From an uncultured virus (IMG/VR IMGVR_UViG_3300011008_000014) (lineage: Duplodnaviria; Heunggongvirae; Uroviricota; Caudoviricetes): 55,786 nt of DNA. Of the stretch, positions 17,633 to 27,859 are shown piece after piece; the first letter of the stretch is position 1; each line of letters begins with the position of its first letter. A model generated the notes under the pieces. It was not told the origin of the DNA and ran no database searches. It saw only the letters and a program-made list of their open reading frames with translations. The stretch is from the IMG/VR virus record IMGVR_UViG_3300011008_000014. One strand, given 5' to 3'. The position numbers and the translations under genes are program-made.

Positions 17633-20600
17633 ATGGATATTGTACGCAAGTCACAGAGTGACATATATTCCGCACCGTTGTGCGAAGGGTCGCTGGTTCA
17701 CCGTGAACTGATGGGCGACCATTACATGCTTTTGGTGTTCAACTCGGCAGAGGCGCAGCATTTCCGCTTGGGCGACTACTGCGACACCGATTTTGGCCGC
17801 TTTGAACTGACAGACCTTTACGAGCCCGAATACAATGAGGATGGCGGCTTCAAGTACCAGCTTCGTTTGGATGCCTACTACATGAAGTGGAAGAATAAGA
17901 TTGTCAAGTTCACCCCTTCAAACCAGCAGAGCGAGATGGCATTCACGCTGACCCGCGACCTTGCAGGCCACATGGAACTGTTCATGGCTAACCTCACCTA
18001 TCTTGGCACAAAGGATAGCAGCTATCTGTTCAACGGAAGCACGGCATTCACCTATGATATAGACTATAGCCATATCAGCAAGAAGATGATGCCAGTCAGC
18101 TATGACAGCCTTTCATTGATTGATGCACTTAACCAGTATGCAAGCCTTTGGGAGTGCGAATGGTGGGTAGTGGATAACGTCATACACCTTGGCCGCTGTG
18201 AGGGTTCTGTGAATGTCGCTACCTTCAAGCTGAATGACAACGTGGCGCAGATGTCACGCGCACAGGGCAGCAAGCAGTATATTACACGTCTTTATGTCTT
18301 TGGCTCTGAAAGAAACATCCCGTCGAACTACAGGAAGGAAGAAGGGGCAACGGTTGTGAACGGCGTGGTGCAGCGCAGGTTGATGCTCCCCGAAGGTACG
18401 CCCTATCTGCAAGTGGCGGGAATCACGGAGGAGCAGGCCGTCGAGGGTGTGCTGATACTGGATAACGTGTACCCGCGAACACAGTGCAAGGTGGGTGCAG
18501 TAAGTACCTATGTCAGCAAGGGAACGGACGAGGAAGGTAACGAGACCACAGAGACCTTCTACCGCGTGTCTGACACCAGCGGATTCATCGACTCCATCGA
18601 CAACGATATGCGCCTTGACGGTGACAGCTTCCATATCCGCTTTACCAGCGGCAAGATGAACGGCATGGAGTTTGAGTGTAATCTGATTGCCAATGACCAG
18701 CGCATAGGAAGGTGCTTTGAGGTTATCGCTAACGAGGATTACGGAATCAAGCTGCCACGGGAGAATTTCTGCCCAGCAGTAGATGATGAGTATATCATAT
18801 TCGGATGGGATGCCACGAAGATTGCCGACACGTCGCTGATAACGTCGGCAGAGCAGGAACTTGTGACGGAAGGTAACAAATACCTTGCAAAGTCGCAGGT
18901 TGACCCGTCGGAGTACACCTGTACGATGATTTCAAAGAAGATGCAGGACATCGGTATGCCAGTGAAATACGGAAGGGATGCCAATGTCGGCAATGACCAG
19001 TATGTACCCATCCCCTATGACTTGGGTGACAAGGTGCAGATGGATAACCCCGCGCTTTTCGGAAGTTCAAGAAGTTCGCGCATCATCGGCTATGAGATAA
19101 AACTGGATATACCTGCTGACAGCCCGCAGTTCATTGTCGGCGAATCACTAAGGTATTCGCGCAGTGGCGCAATGGAAAGCAAGCTGGATGAACTGACCTA
19201 TGAGGGCAACCTCTACACTGGTGCTGGCGGTTATGGCGGCGGCTCTGTGTATATCATCGGTACTGGCGACACCACCCCTGCATCGAATAAGAACGTCTAT
19301 TCTGCCATCAGAAGTGATAATCAGTATGCACGGAAAGACAGGAACGATGTCATCAAGTCATTGTGGACGTTTAAGAATGGGAATGGAGTAAGGCGTGGAT
19401 TGCAGACCGATGATTATCTGCTGAACACCAACGAGGGCAACCTTTTCGGGAAGGGCTTTGAACTTGTCTCGCAGACTAACGCTTTGGGCGATACACGCAC
19501 ACGTCTTGAAGTCGATGAGTTGTTTGTCAGAATCAAGGCGTTCTTTGCCTCATTGGAAATCCGCGAGATGTCCTACGTCGGTGGCAACTACGTTTTCTCT
19601 GCTGCTGGAAGTAAAATCTATTATGTCGAGTGGCTTGATGCAAATGGAAACATTGTCAGCAAGACTGGCGGCGCAATATCAAGCGTATATAAATTCCGCT
19701 GTTATCTGTACTCCGACAATGGCACGACTGCCACCATCAATAAGTGGGCTGTTGATGACCAAGTGATGTGCCGTACATTCAACATCGACGCTGGAGTGCA
19801 TCAGAACGTGTCTAACAAATACTACTGGCGCAGGGCTACTGGCGTAGGACAGGAAATCATCAAGACAAAGGCTTTGGCCGCTGTCGAAAAGCAGTACCTT
19901 GCAGATGTCGAGGCAATCAATAACTGGCAGGTGATGACCGACGAGGAAAGGGTGGAACAGGCACAGGCACTTGCAGACCTTGAGGAGGCATACGAACTTG
20001 CGAAGCAGACCGTAAAGAATGGCGGTGTTCCCGACGGAGCAGCCGATGACATGGCTTTCACGTCCTATCAGTATGTGGATATTTCAATGACCGATTGCGA
20101 CCTTAACAGCGACTTCCCCGAAGATGACGATACCATCGTGCAGTTCGGAAACTGGACGAACACGGCAAGACAGGGCATCATCTACCTGCAAGTCGAAGGT
20201 GAGGGCTCTCCCGCCATCATGGAATATTCAAAGGTGGGTCTCAGCCACTTCACAATCCCCGAACCCAACCTTCTGCTTTCGCCGAAGAAAAACGTCATCT
20301 ATGGCGAGTTCCACTCCGTCGTTGACTCCGAGGGCGGCAATACTGGCAGCGGCGATTCCATTGCAGACCAACTGGCGGCTCTGATTGCATCCTTGAATTA
20401 CATTCAGAACCAAGCCGACAAGAAATTTGAGTTGTGGTTTGCCCCCTATGCACCGCTTCCTTCTATATCGTTTGATGCCGTGGAAGATACCGACGGCAAG
20501 AATCCTGCCGAGGAGGGATGGTATGAATGCGTCGATACGAACATCTATGAGACCACAAGGGATGCAACGCCTGTAGCTGGAAAGACGTATCTCATCAAGA

Positions 20601-23600
20601 CCGACAACAATACATCGGTGAACTATCCCGCGTCGGAATGGACTACCGAGGCACTGAAAGCCCTGCATGTGCAGGATTTGTTCTATGACACGTTTAGGGA
20701 GCCTGCATCGGAAGGTGGCAGGGCATGGCGGTGGACTACCATATCCGTTGACGGTGAAATCATCGACAGGTGGATAATCGTGACCGACCAAGATACGCTT
20801 GACTCACTGGAGAAAATATCGGACGTGGCCAGTGACGGCAGGCTGACAGGCGGCGCGGAAAAGACCCGCGTCTATATCGACTGGATGAAGGCCGTACAGG
20901 ACTATCAGAAGTACGAGGAACAGGCGCGAGACTACGGGCTGAATGATAGCGACTATTACGGCGAAGGTGTGAATATCTACCAAGCATACGTCACTGCATT
21001 CAAGAAGCTGGCACGTCTGCTTAACGGCGACGATACCACGTCGGAAAGCCTGTATGTCTCTGACGAGATAATGAACGGCACTACAGCCCCCGCATGGCTG
21101 GCAGACCTCAACTCGACCACGGACATCCCATCACCTGTTATATACAGGCAGATATGGAACACATATTATTCGGCCTTGGCCGCTTTGCTGAAAGCAATAC
21201 AGAAAAGAGCCAAGGAGTTGGCAGATGCGGCACAGGGTACGGCAGACAACGCCCATGAGCGAATTGATGACATTGTTTCGGACGGCATCATCAGTGCTGG
21301 CTCTGAAAAGTCGCTGCTTTACATCGACTGGCTGAAAGCCGTTGCGGAATATGCAAAGTACATCGAACAGGCCGAGGATTACTTCGGTGCAAACAACTCA
21401 CAGGATGACGCGCTGGTTACTGCCTATACCAATTTGGCGAAGATGCTGAACAATGGCGAGACCCCGACGGCGGCAATCTTGAACGGCACGGCTCGACCCG
21501 CATGGCTGACGGTTGCGAACATGAACGTAGACACGGCGCTGGCTGACACCCCGACAAAGAACGCCACCAACTATCACACGGTATGGAATAACTATCAAGT
21601 TGCGCTAACCGCCCTGCTTGAGACCATTACGACAAAGGCCAAGGAGTTGGCAGATGCGGCACAGGCCGATGCGACCACGGCATTGAACAAGATAGGCGAC
21701 ATGGGCAGCGACGGCAAGTTAGACCCGTCGGAAAAGCTGACAGTAAAGAGGGAGTTCATTGCCTCATGGAACGAAAAGGATAAAAGTGAAGGTATTATTG
21801 ATAAGTGCTATGATAACAATGACAATCTGCTTATTGCCAGTTCAACGGTCAACGCATACATCAATGCCTTTGTCGCACTTGGTACTTACCTCAACGGCGG
21901 CACGGCTTGGAATGCTGGAAAATCCATGCAAACCGATGCTTACAGGGCAACAGACGGCAATCTCCCTTCGTGGATTCAGTCGGATAACATGTCATCTACC
22001 AACAATATCACTGGCAGCACATGGCGCACGAAATGGTCAGATTTCTATGCAGCCCGCACAGCGGTTATGACCGCACTTTCGGAAGCAGCGAAGAATGCAG
22101 CCGATAACGCCTATGAAGAGGCCGTGACGAAGGTAAACTATTTCGTTGGTGCATCCGTTCCAACGCCGCCATACAAAGAAGGTGACTTGTGGCTTAAAAC
22201 GTCATCGGATAATCCGACTTTGGCACAGGCCGAGGCTGGCGAGATGTATGTGTGCGTGAAAACACGGGAAAGCGGCACAGGGCAGGCAAGCGATTGGGCG
22301 AACATGAAGGAAATCACGGAAAAGCGCGACCCGCGAATACTGCTGGCAGCACTTGTCAGCATGGTTTATTCGTACAATGGCGGCTATCTTCGTGAAAAAG
22401 GCACGAATGCTTATCAAAGAATATGCTTGGGGCAAAGAAACTATCATGCAGAAGGTGACTTGGCCTATTACGATTCCACTGTCTATCAGTATAGGGATGG
22501 ATGGGAAGAAATCAGCAATGAAACCCTGCGTGAGGCATTCAAGGCCGTCTATGAAGTCATCGGGCAGTACAATCTAAGGATATTCAGAACCCGACCGACA
22601 ATCACGAAGCAGATGTATGACATGGTATGTTCCACCGTGACATTCACAGACTCGTACTTGCCAGTTGGCAATGCCTATAAGACGGTGGAGGGCGGTGTGA
22701 ACATCGAGATGTGGAATGGTGACGATTGGGAAGTGCTGCAACGGTCTATGCAGAGCCTTATCGAGAACTTGCAGGGCTATGTCCGAGCCGTGGCTTATGC
22801 ACAGGCTGGGGATGTTGTCAATGCCAGCGGATTTATCACATCATCGGATTGGGCAACGCTTTTCTCGCAGGCTACCGATGCAGACGGAAACGTCATTGCA
22901 CAGGCTCATTTGGGTACTTATGTGACGAAGGACTCAAACGGCAAGATTACCAGCGGAATCACCCTTGAAGCAGACCAAATCAACTTTACAGGCAAGACAA
23001 TCATCAATGGAAAGTTTGTTGTAGATAACAATGGCAATCTGACATTGAATGACATTACAGCCAACAATATCACAGCAGAAGGAAAGATTGTAGGCTCGGT
23101 GCGAAATCCATTCTACCCGACAAACATCACACCGTCATATTATTCAAAAGATAGTATTGCACTTTTAAATTACACAAGTGGTAATGCTTCTTTTGTAAGC
23201 GGAGATATGAATCTGAATATCGGTTCTTCTCCGACACAAAGCTGTGGCCGTTTGATAAGACTTGTTGCTGGACGGTGGGGAACATCAAGTAGTTATGGTA
23301 CAGCAACGGTAAAGTTCAAAGACAGCAATAATAATTATTATAAAATATACGAAAATGGAAAAGAAGTTGATAGTATCGACATCTCTAATGAGGTAGTAGA
23401 GGTCATCGGCTATGGAAGTACCTCGCAGTTGTTTGGCTTTATTGTCTTAAACCGCATAGATTTCATGCCGCAGAATGCCTACGGAAAGACTTTGAAGATT
23501 CTTGCGCAAGGTCGAATGCTTTACAAAGACTCGGAAGACAGCAAGACATCCTTAAACTATATAGCTTTTGATAATACAACAATAGAATCAGTAAGAGAAT

Positions 23601-23986
23601 CAGAAGGCGAATATAAACTTACGTTTACCCATCCTACAAATAAAAGGTGGTTTGAAGATATTAAAGATGCCCTTGTTCATGTTACTGCTTTTGGAACTAT
23701 TATAGGAGGCGGAAATCCTTTGAAGGCAGGCGTTACAGGTATTGAGATAGAGACTACCACGTACACATTTACAAGTAGCGGATGCACAATAACTAAGGTG
23801 ACAAAAACATTAAATAGAGATGGTGTGTCAACTGATACAACAACATCATCAGCGTCCATCACTGGAAACAGCACAATATTTTATACTGTTATGCGCGTTT
23901 ACGTCAATACATCGGATGATGATTCAAGAAACGATGGTGGGTTCCAGTTTATGATTACCAATATGAATGATTTTAAAAATCGTTAA
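17633..23986 (+). CDS. Tail tip/baseplate hub protein with internal repeats and variable C-terminus
   Basis: ITRLYVFGSERNIP and VYPR hub motifs, LEVDELFVR fibre motif, three SDG.(L/I)...EK repeat modules. Confidence 0.85.
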   Translation: MDIVRKSQSDIYSAPLCEGSLVHRELMGDHYMLLVFNSAEAQHFRLGDYCDTDFGRFELTDLYEPEYNEDGGFKYQLRLDAYYMKWKNKIVKFTPSNQQSEMAFTLTRDLAGHMELFMANLTYLGTKDSSYLFNGSTAFTYDIDYSHISKKMMPVSYDSLSLIDALNQYASLWECEWWVVDNVIHLGRCEGSVNVATFKLNDNVAQMSRAQGSKQYITRLYVFGSERNIPSNYRKEEGATVVNGVVQRRLMLPEGTPYLQVAGITEEQAVEGVLILDNVYPRTQCKVGAVSTYVSKGTDEEGNETTETFYRVSDTSGFIDSIDNDMRLDGDSFHIRFTSGKMNGMEFECNLIANDQRIGRCFEVIANEDYGIKLPRENFCPAVDDEYIIFGWDATKIADTSLITSAEQELVTEGNKYLAKSQVDPSEYTCTMISKKMQDIGMPVKYGRDANVGNDQYVPIPYDLGDKVQMDNPALFGSSRSSRIIGYEIKLDIPADSPQFIVGESLRYSRSGAMESKLDELTYEGNLYTGAGGYGGGSVYIIGTGDTTPASNKNVYSAIRSDNQYARKDRNDVIKSLWTFKNGNGVRRGLQTDDYLLNTNEGNLFGKGFELVSQTNALGDTRTRLEVDELFVRIKAFFASLEIREMSYVGGNYVFSAAGSKIYYVEWLDANGNIVSKTGGAISSVYKFRCYLYSDNGTTATINKWAVDDQVMCRTFNIDAGVHQNVSNKYYWRRATGVGQEIIKTKALAAVEKQYLADVEAINNWQVMTDEERVEQAQALADLEEAYELAKQTVKNGGVPDGAADDMAFTSYQYVDISMTDCDLNSDFPEDDDTIVQFGNWTNTARQGIIYLQVEGEGSPAIMEYSKVGLSHFTIPEPNLLLSPKKNVIYGEFHSVVDSEGGNTGSGDSIADQLAALIASLNYIQNQADKKFELWFAPYAPLPSISFDAVEDTDGKNPAEEGWYECVDTNIYETTRDATPVAGKTYLIKTDNNTSVNYPASEWTTEALKALHVQDLFYDTFREPASEGGRAWRWTTISVDGEIIDRWIIVTDQDTLDSLEKISDVASDGRLTGGAEKTRVYIDWMKAVQDYQKYEEQARDYGLNDSDYYGEGVNIYQAYVTAFKKLARLLNGDDTTSESLYVSDEIMNGTTAPAWLADLNSTTDIPSPVIYRQIWNTYYSALAALLKAIQKRAKELADAAQGTADNAHERIDDIVSDGIISAGSEKSLLYIDWLKAVAEYAKYIEQAEDYFGANNSQDDALVTAYTNLAKMLNNGETPTAAILNGTARPAWLTVANMNVDTALADTPTKNATNYHTVWNNYQVALTALLETITTKAKELADAAQADATTALNKIGDMGSDGKLDPSEKLTVKREFIASWNEKDKSEGIIDKCYDNNDNLLIASSTVNAYINAFVALGTYLNGGTAWNAGKSMQTDAYRATDGNLPSWIQSDNMSSTNNITGSTWRTKWSDFYAARTAVMTALSEAAKNAADNAYEEAVTKVNYFVGASVPTPPYKEGDLWLKTSSDNPTLAQAEAGEMYVCVKTRESGTGQASDWANMKEITEKRDPRILLAALVSMVYSYNGGYLREKGTNAYQRICLGQRNYHAEGDLAYYDSTVYQYRDGWEEISNETLREAFKAVYEVIGQYNLRIFRTRPTITKQMYDMVCSTVTFTDSYLPVGNAYKTVEGGVNIEMWNGDDWEVLQRSMQSLIENLQGYVRAVAYAQAGDVVNASGFITSSDWATLFSQATDADGNVIAQAHLGTYVTKDSNGKITSGITLEADQINFTGKTIINGKFVVDNNGNLTLNDITANNITAEGKIVGSVRNPFYPTNITPSYYSKDSIALLNYTSGNASFVSGDMNLNIGSSPTQSCGRLIRLVAGRWGTSSSYGTATVKFKDSNNNYYKIYENGKEVDSIDISNEVVEVIGYGSTSQLFGFIVLNRIDFMPQNAYGKTLKILAQGRMLYKDSEDSKTSLNYIAFDNTTIESVRESEGEYKLTFTHPTNKRWFEDIKDALVHVTAFGTIIGGGNPLKAGVTGIEIETTTYTFTSSGCTITKVTKTLNRDGVSTDTTTSSASITGNSTIFYTVMRVYVNTSDDDSRNDGGFQFMITNMNDFKNR

Positions 23987-23995
23987 TTTGGTTTT

Positions 23996-24032
23996 GGGCG
24001 CATAACGGTTTAACGCTGTGCGCCCTTTACTT
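23996..24032. terminator. Stem-loop between convergent hub and lipoprotein genes
   Basis: GGGCGCATAACG...CGCTGTGCGCCC followed by TTT. Confidence 0.65.
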
Positions 24033-24695
24033 TTATCGCCCATTGTGTGTTTTCTTTATGACAATGCCAGTACCTGCTTCATCGTTCCACTCAACAATAA
24101 TAGGCGATTCTGACATGTGATTGAACTGCTGATAATACACATCTTTACCAAAGTGGATATAGAAAATATCTATTGGGTAATCAATCCCTTGCTCGTATGT
24201 GGTTGTTTGAACTCCAGCATAGCGAGTCGTATAGGTGGTAGTGCGGTATGTTTCAATATTTTCAATAAACTTCTGTTCTGAATAAGAATGACCGACGTAG
24301 TAATCAGCATCAAATGTTGTTAGATTCGCTTTAGTGAAAGACATTGTTTTACTTTTTGGATTGCCTTTCACATCGGAATAACTAACGGTCAATTTCATGC
24401 TGTTATTGTCAGACTCAATAATATTATAGGTGGTATGCTTGTTGAAATATGGATTGTGGCATCTGAATTGTGCAGTCGTTTCATCATATTCAAATGTGCC
24501 GCCATCAATAAAATCATCTTCCAAGTAGGCGGCATAATACCCATTTTTGAACGTCAAAAGGTATTCCCCCGACTGCCATGTGCCAACTGGTGGTTGTGTT
24601 ATTACATGCTGTTGTGGGTCATCTGTATTGTCATTGTCGCTGCTGCAAGACAGCAGGGCAAATATTACTGCCAAACTGAGAAAAATCTGTTTCAT
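24033..24695 (-). CDS. Lipoprotein moron
   Basis: LLSC lipobox followed by acidic SSDNDN; low GC; opposite strand to tail genes. Confidence 0.75.
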   Translation of the reverse strand: MKQIFLSLAVIFALLSCSSDNDNTDDPQQHVITQPPVGTWQSGEYLLTFKNGYYAAYLEDDFIDGGTFEYDETTAQFRCHNPYFNKHTTYNIIESDNNSMKLTVSYSDVKGNPKSKTMSFTKANLTTFDADYYVGHSYSEQKFIENIETYRTTTYTTRYAGVQTTTYEQGIDYPIDIFYIHFGKDVYYQQFNHMSESPIIVEWNDEAGTGIVIKKTHNGR

Positions 24696-24705
24696 AGTTA
24701 GGGAA

Positions 24706-26148
24706 TTATTTTATGATAGTTTTCAACTGATTAAACTTATTCGGATTATCTTGCATTTCATTCCATGAATAGCGGGTATAATTGTTTCTGTCGAATCCAT
24801 GTTTGCCGTCATAGACGTAGATAAACAATTTGTCACACAGAATCAATATATTCGCCTCCATCAGATGCGCGTATGATAATCCTTGCAGATATGCTTGTTC
24901 GCGTTCCTTGTTATTTGCCATGTATAGTTTTGCCTCAATGAGTACCTTTGCGGTATATCCGTTTGCACCTTTTCCGCAATGCAGGGCAAAATCGGGATAG
25001 ACACGCTCGCCACGACCTATTTTCAATGGAATCTGACGCTTGTAATCCAAATCATCAATGCCCATCGTATTGAGAAGTGGAATCAGCAGATTTTCTTCCA
25101 CATCCTTTTCAACCTTTATATCAAAGTTATTTGGTATGGATGCCGTCTGTAACTTTGGAATGGAGTCTGCGTCGCCACCTTTCGCCTTAATCATCCGAAG
25201 CAGATTTTGAAGGTCATCACCTGTCATCGGCCAGCCGCTAACTCCTTGGAACTTCTTGCGCACTAATGAATGCTTGGCAAAGTATTCATCTTCCTGTAGT
25301 TCATGTAGGGTGATATGCGGAATATCCCTTTTGTCTGATAGTTGGGCGAAAGACCAGTAATATTCAAATGGGTCTGCTATGCCGTCGGAGTATGCCCTCC
25401 AGTAGCAAGTAATAGCACTGACGGGGGCAGTTTCGTAATGGAACATCAAATCACCACGCCTTGTTTCAATATTGGATTGCCAATATTTATCTTCATTGGC
25501 TGTGTCGCGGTTGCTGAACAATCCGCCGACAAACCACGCTTGCTGCGGTTGTGGAATGGCAGATTTTGAATCATGCTTGATGTAATTAGGTGCAAAGGCA
25601 TACAGAAAGGCGCAAAGTTCATTAGGCGATAAGCCTGCATCCTTTCTGAACTGATAAAGTGTTTCGCAGAGTCGCCAGTAATACATACATCGGTCACGAT
25701 GCGCAGTCTTATTTGGCAGTGGTGGAAGATGTATGTCGAAAACGTCTGCTATCCTGTATAGGTCTTGTATGCGGACATTGAACAGATGCGGGTAGAAAAA
25801 TTCGGGTTCATATTCAAACAACAGAAATGAAATTTGAGTGACCCAATTTAATGTGTTTCTATACTTTCCATCGTGCGTTACACCATCTATTATATCCTCA
25901 TACAGTTCTTTGGCATGTTCTAATGAATCTGCTTCACCTTCTGAAAAGTTAGTAAAGATGTCATTCCACAGCAAATCGTAGAAATCCTCCATCTTCTTCC
26001 TGTCTTGGTATGGTGCAAGATGTGGATTGTATTTACATTCCAGTTCGGCCTCACGCATTTCTTCCCTTGCGGTGGCGAACTCTTCAATGGCAGATTTGCC
26101 TCTTTCGGATTCTTTGTATAAATCCCATGTAAACCGTTCAAACTTCAT
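24706..26148 (-). CDS. Putative restriction endonuclease: central EVE/PUA-like region plus C-terminal PD-(D/E)XK domain (HsdR-N-like)
   Basis: E.DVE..L..PLL, YPDFAL, LIEAK, QGLSYA motifs; WQSN..TRRGD..FHY.TAP.SAI central region. Confidence 0.7.
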   Translation of the reverse strand: MKFERFTWDLYKESERGKSAIEEFATAREEMREAELECKYNPHLAPYQDRKKMEDFYDLLWNDIFTNFSEGEADSLEHAKELYEDIIDGVTHDGKYRNTLNWVTQISFLLFEYEPEFFYPHLFNVRIQDLYRIADVFDIHLPPLPNKTAHRDRCMYYWRLCETLYQFRKDAGLSPNELCAFLYAFAPNYIKHDSKSAIPQPQQAWFVGGLFSNRDTANEDKYWQSNIETRRGDLMFHYETAPVSAITCYWRAYSDGIADPFEYYWSFAQLSDKRDIPHITLHELQEDEYFAKHSLVRKKFQGVSGWPMTGDDLQNLLRMIKAKGGDADSIPKLQTASIPNNFDIKVEKDVEENLLIPLLNTMGIDDLDYKRQIPLKIGRGERVYPDFALHCGKGANGYTAKVLIEAKLYMANNKEREQAYLQGLSYAHLMEANILILCDKLFIYVYDGKHGFDRNNYTRYSWNEMQDNPNKFNQLKTIIK

Positions 26149-26180
26149 AATGGTGCAAGCACTATGTTACTAACAGTCTG

Positions 26181-26188
26181 CAAAGGTA
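26181..26188 (-). promoter_or_regulatory. -7 promoter element (TACCTTTG on minus strand) for the nuclease-lipoprotein pair
   Basis: Consensus ~33 nt upstream of ATG 26148. Confidence 0.65.
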
Positions 26189-26222
26189 CTGGAAATCTGT
26201 GAGAATGCCAAAAAACGACGAG

Positions 26223-26489
26223 TTATTTATCTATTTTTATGGAAATCGGCTTGCCGCAGTGGGGGCAGGTGGCTCTCGGAACGGTTGTTTCTTCGTCAGC
26301 GACCAATTCAGAAACGGAAACACCGATGATGCTGGCAATCTCCTTGAGTTTGTCAAGAGTGGGATTTCCGTTTATAATCTGTGATACGGCTGCATGGGAT
26401 ATTCCCTTATCACCTTGTTTATTGGTCATTTCTGTTGCTAAACGCTCCAGCGTCCATCCCTGTGAATTGATTACTTTCCTAATATTCAT
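26223..26489 (-). CDS. XRE/Cro-C1 HTH regulator with C-terminal CPHCG zinc knuckle
   Basis: GWTLERLA..M....ISHAAVSQIINGNPTLDKLKEIA..IGV. Confidence 0.9.
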   Translation of the reverse strand: MNIRKVINSQGWTLERLATEMTNKQGDKGISHAAVSQIINGNPTLDKLKEIASIIGVSVSELVADEETTVPRATCPHCGKPISIKIDK

Positions 26490-26686
26490 AAGTTATAAAT
26501 TACATTTGTGGGTGCAAAATTACGAATTAAATCCGAATCGGCCAAACAAAACATAATTAAAATGTAATTTATAACTTTATTTAGTGAACAACATCTAATT
26601 TAGACCTTACAAGAGTTAATAATATTAAAATGTAAGCATAAACTTACAAAAATATTAGGTTTTTAAGTTTTATCTTACTAACTTTG
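26489..26686. promoter_or_regulatory. Divergent promoters with ~5 TAA(G/T)-N6-(C/A)TTA operator-like sites
   Basis: Leftward -7 at 26515-26522, rightward -7 TAACTTTG at 26679-26686; palindromic TGTAAG-N6-CTTACA at 26631-26648. Confidence 0.65.
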
Positions 26687-26714
26687 CACTTGTAATCAAG
26701 AAATTCTATAAGTT

Positions 26715-26846
26715 ATGACAAAGAAAATTAAAATCAGTGACAGCAAGGTTAAGGCATTATACAATGCACTTGCAACCTATAGAAACGGCTATCCCCTTTT
26801 ACCCAGTGAGATAAAGCTGCTTGAAGATTTTAACATCACAATATAA
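26715..26846 (+). CDS. Small 43-aa protein (not in ORF track)
   Basis: First ATG after the rightward promoter; MTKKIKISDSKVKALYNAL... Confidence 0.5.
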   Translation: MTKKIKISDSKVKALYNALATYRNGYPLLPSEIKLLEDFNITI

Positions 26847-26887
26847 TAAGGTAAACAACAACATTCACCATTTAATTATCAGACATT

Positions 26888-27217
26888 ATGGCACAGTTCA
26901 AGAATCAAATGAGAGAAATCATGCAGATGGCATGGCAGTTCGTAAAGCGCAACGGCTACAGCATGAGCGAGGCACTTAAAGTCGCATGGGCAAACTTTAG
27001 GTTGAAGATGGCGATGAGAACCCGAATCGTCAAGTTCTATTTCATCAAGGTCGATGGCAGCACACGCGAGGCATTCGGTACGCTGGCACAGGGCATGATA
27101 CCCGCTATCGCTGGCACAGACACCCGCAAGCCCAACGACACCATTCAGACCTACTACGACACCGAGAAACAGGCTTGGCGCTGCTACAAGAAAGCCAACC
27201 TGTTACGAATCGCATGA
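26888..27217 (+). CDS. DUF2693/WYL_2-type SH3 beta-barrel protein (second copy)
   Basis: VKFYFIKVDGSTREAFGTL...YYDTEK..WRCYK. Confidence 0.85.
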   Translation: MAQFKNQMREIMQMAWQFVKRNGYSMSEALKVAWANFRLKMAMRTRIVKFYFIKVDGSTREAFGTLAQGMIPAIAGTDTRKPNDTIQTYYDTEKQAWRCYKKANLLRIA

Positions 27218-27282
27218 CACACGCCCAAACCATTTAGAAAGCAATATAACGACATACAACAACCATTTTAGAACGTAAAATT

Positions 27283-27606
27283 ATGAATCAGACAGAAAAC
27301 ATTCAAGTCGCTACAGCATGTGCGATGCTTGCACAGCTGAATGATGCCGTCAACAAGCGCAACTGGTGGCTAAGAGCCAGTACAGACGGCAAGACCTTTC
27401 AGATTGAGGCCGAAAAGGATGTGCCGTGCAAAAAGACGGAAGCATTTCTTATCGGCGAAGTGAGAATGACGGCAGCACAGTTTCTTTGCACGGTGGCCGC
27501 ATTGCTAAGTGTAGAGTTCGGCAACGTATCAGATGACATGAACATGATAGAATACGGTGCGGTCGAGGATTACAAGGAATATGTGTTGAATCAAAAAAAC
27601 GTATAA
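27283..27606 (+). CDS. Hypothetical phage protein
   Basis: ORF with leader motif upstream. Confidence 0.65.
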   Translation: MNQTENIQVATACAMLAQLNDAVNKRNWWLRASTDGKTFQIEAEKDVPCKKTEAFLIGEVRMTAAQFLCTVAALLSVEFGNVSDDMNMIEYGAVEDYKEYVLNQKNV

Positions 27607-27608
27607 CT

Positions 27609-27803
27609 ATGGCAACGACATCAAACAACAAATGGGGCAAGGTGCTTGCCAGCTATGACGCGATGATTGAAATGGTTTGGGATTTGGCCTTTGGAGGCGA
27701 AATGTCAGACAGCGAATCAGCCGCATCAGACATCATCGTACAGGATTACAACAAATTCAAGGCGTATTTGGAAGCAAATTCGGTAATAAGTGCAGAGGGG
27801 TGA
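27609..27803 (+). CDS. Hypothetical phage protein
   Basis: Packed ORF. Confidence 0.6.
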   Translation: MATTSNNKWGKVLASYDAMIEMVWDLAFGGEMSDSESAASDIIVQDYNKFKAYLEANSVISAEG

Positions 27804-27859
27804 CTCTCTGCATTCTTCATTTAATAAAGTAACAACAACAACTTAAACATTTAGAACGT

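Noticed and set aside
26490..26577. Perfect 18-bp inverted repeat (26490-26507 / 26560-26577) flanking a promoter, resembling a Bacteroides invertible promoter
   Set aside because: Each arm is one of several quasi-palindromic operator-like sites in the same gap, the spacer is only 52 bp, and no invertase is adjacent. Operators are more parsimonious; read-orientation analysis would settle it
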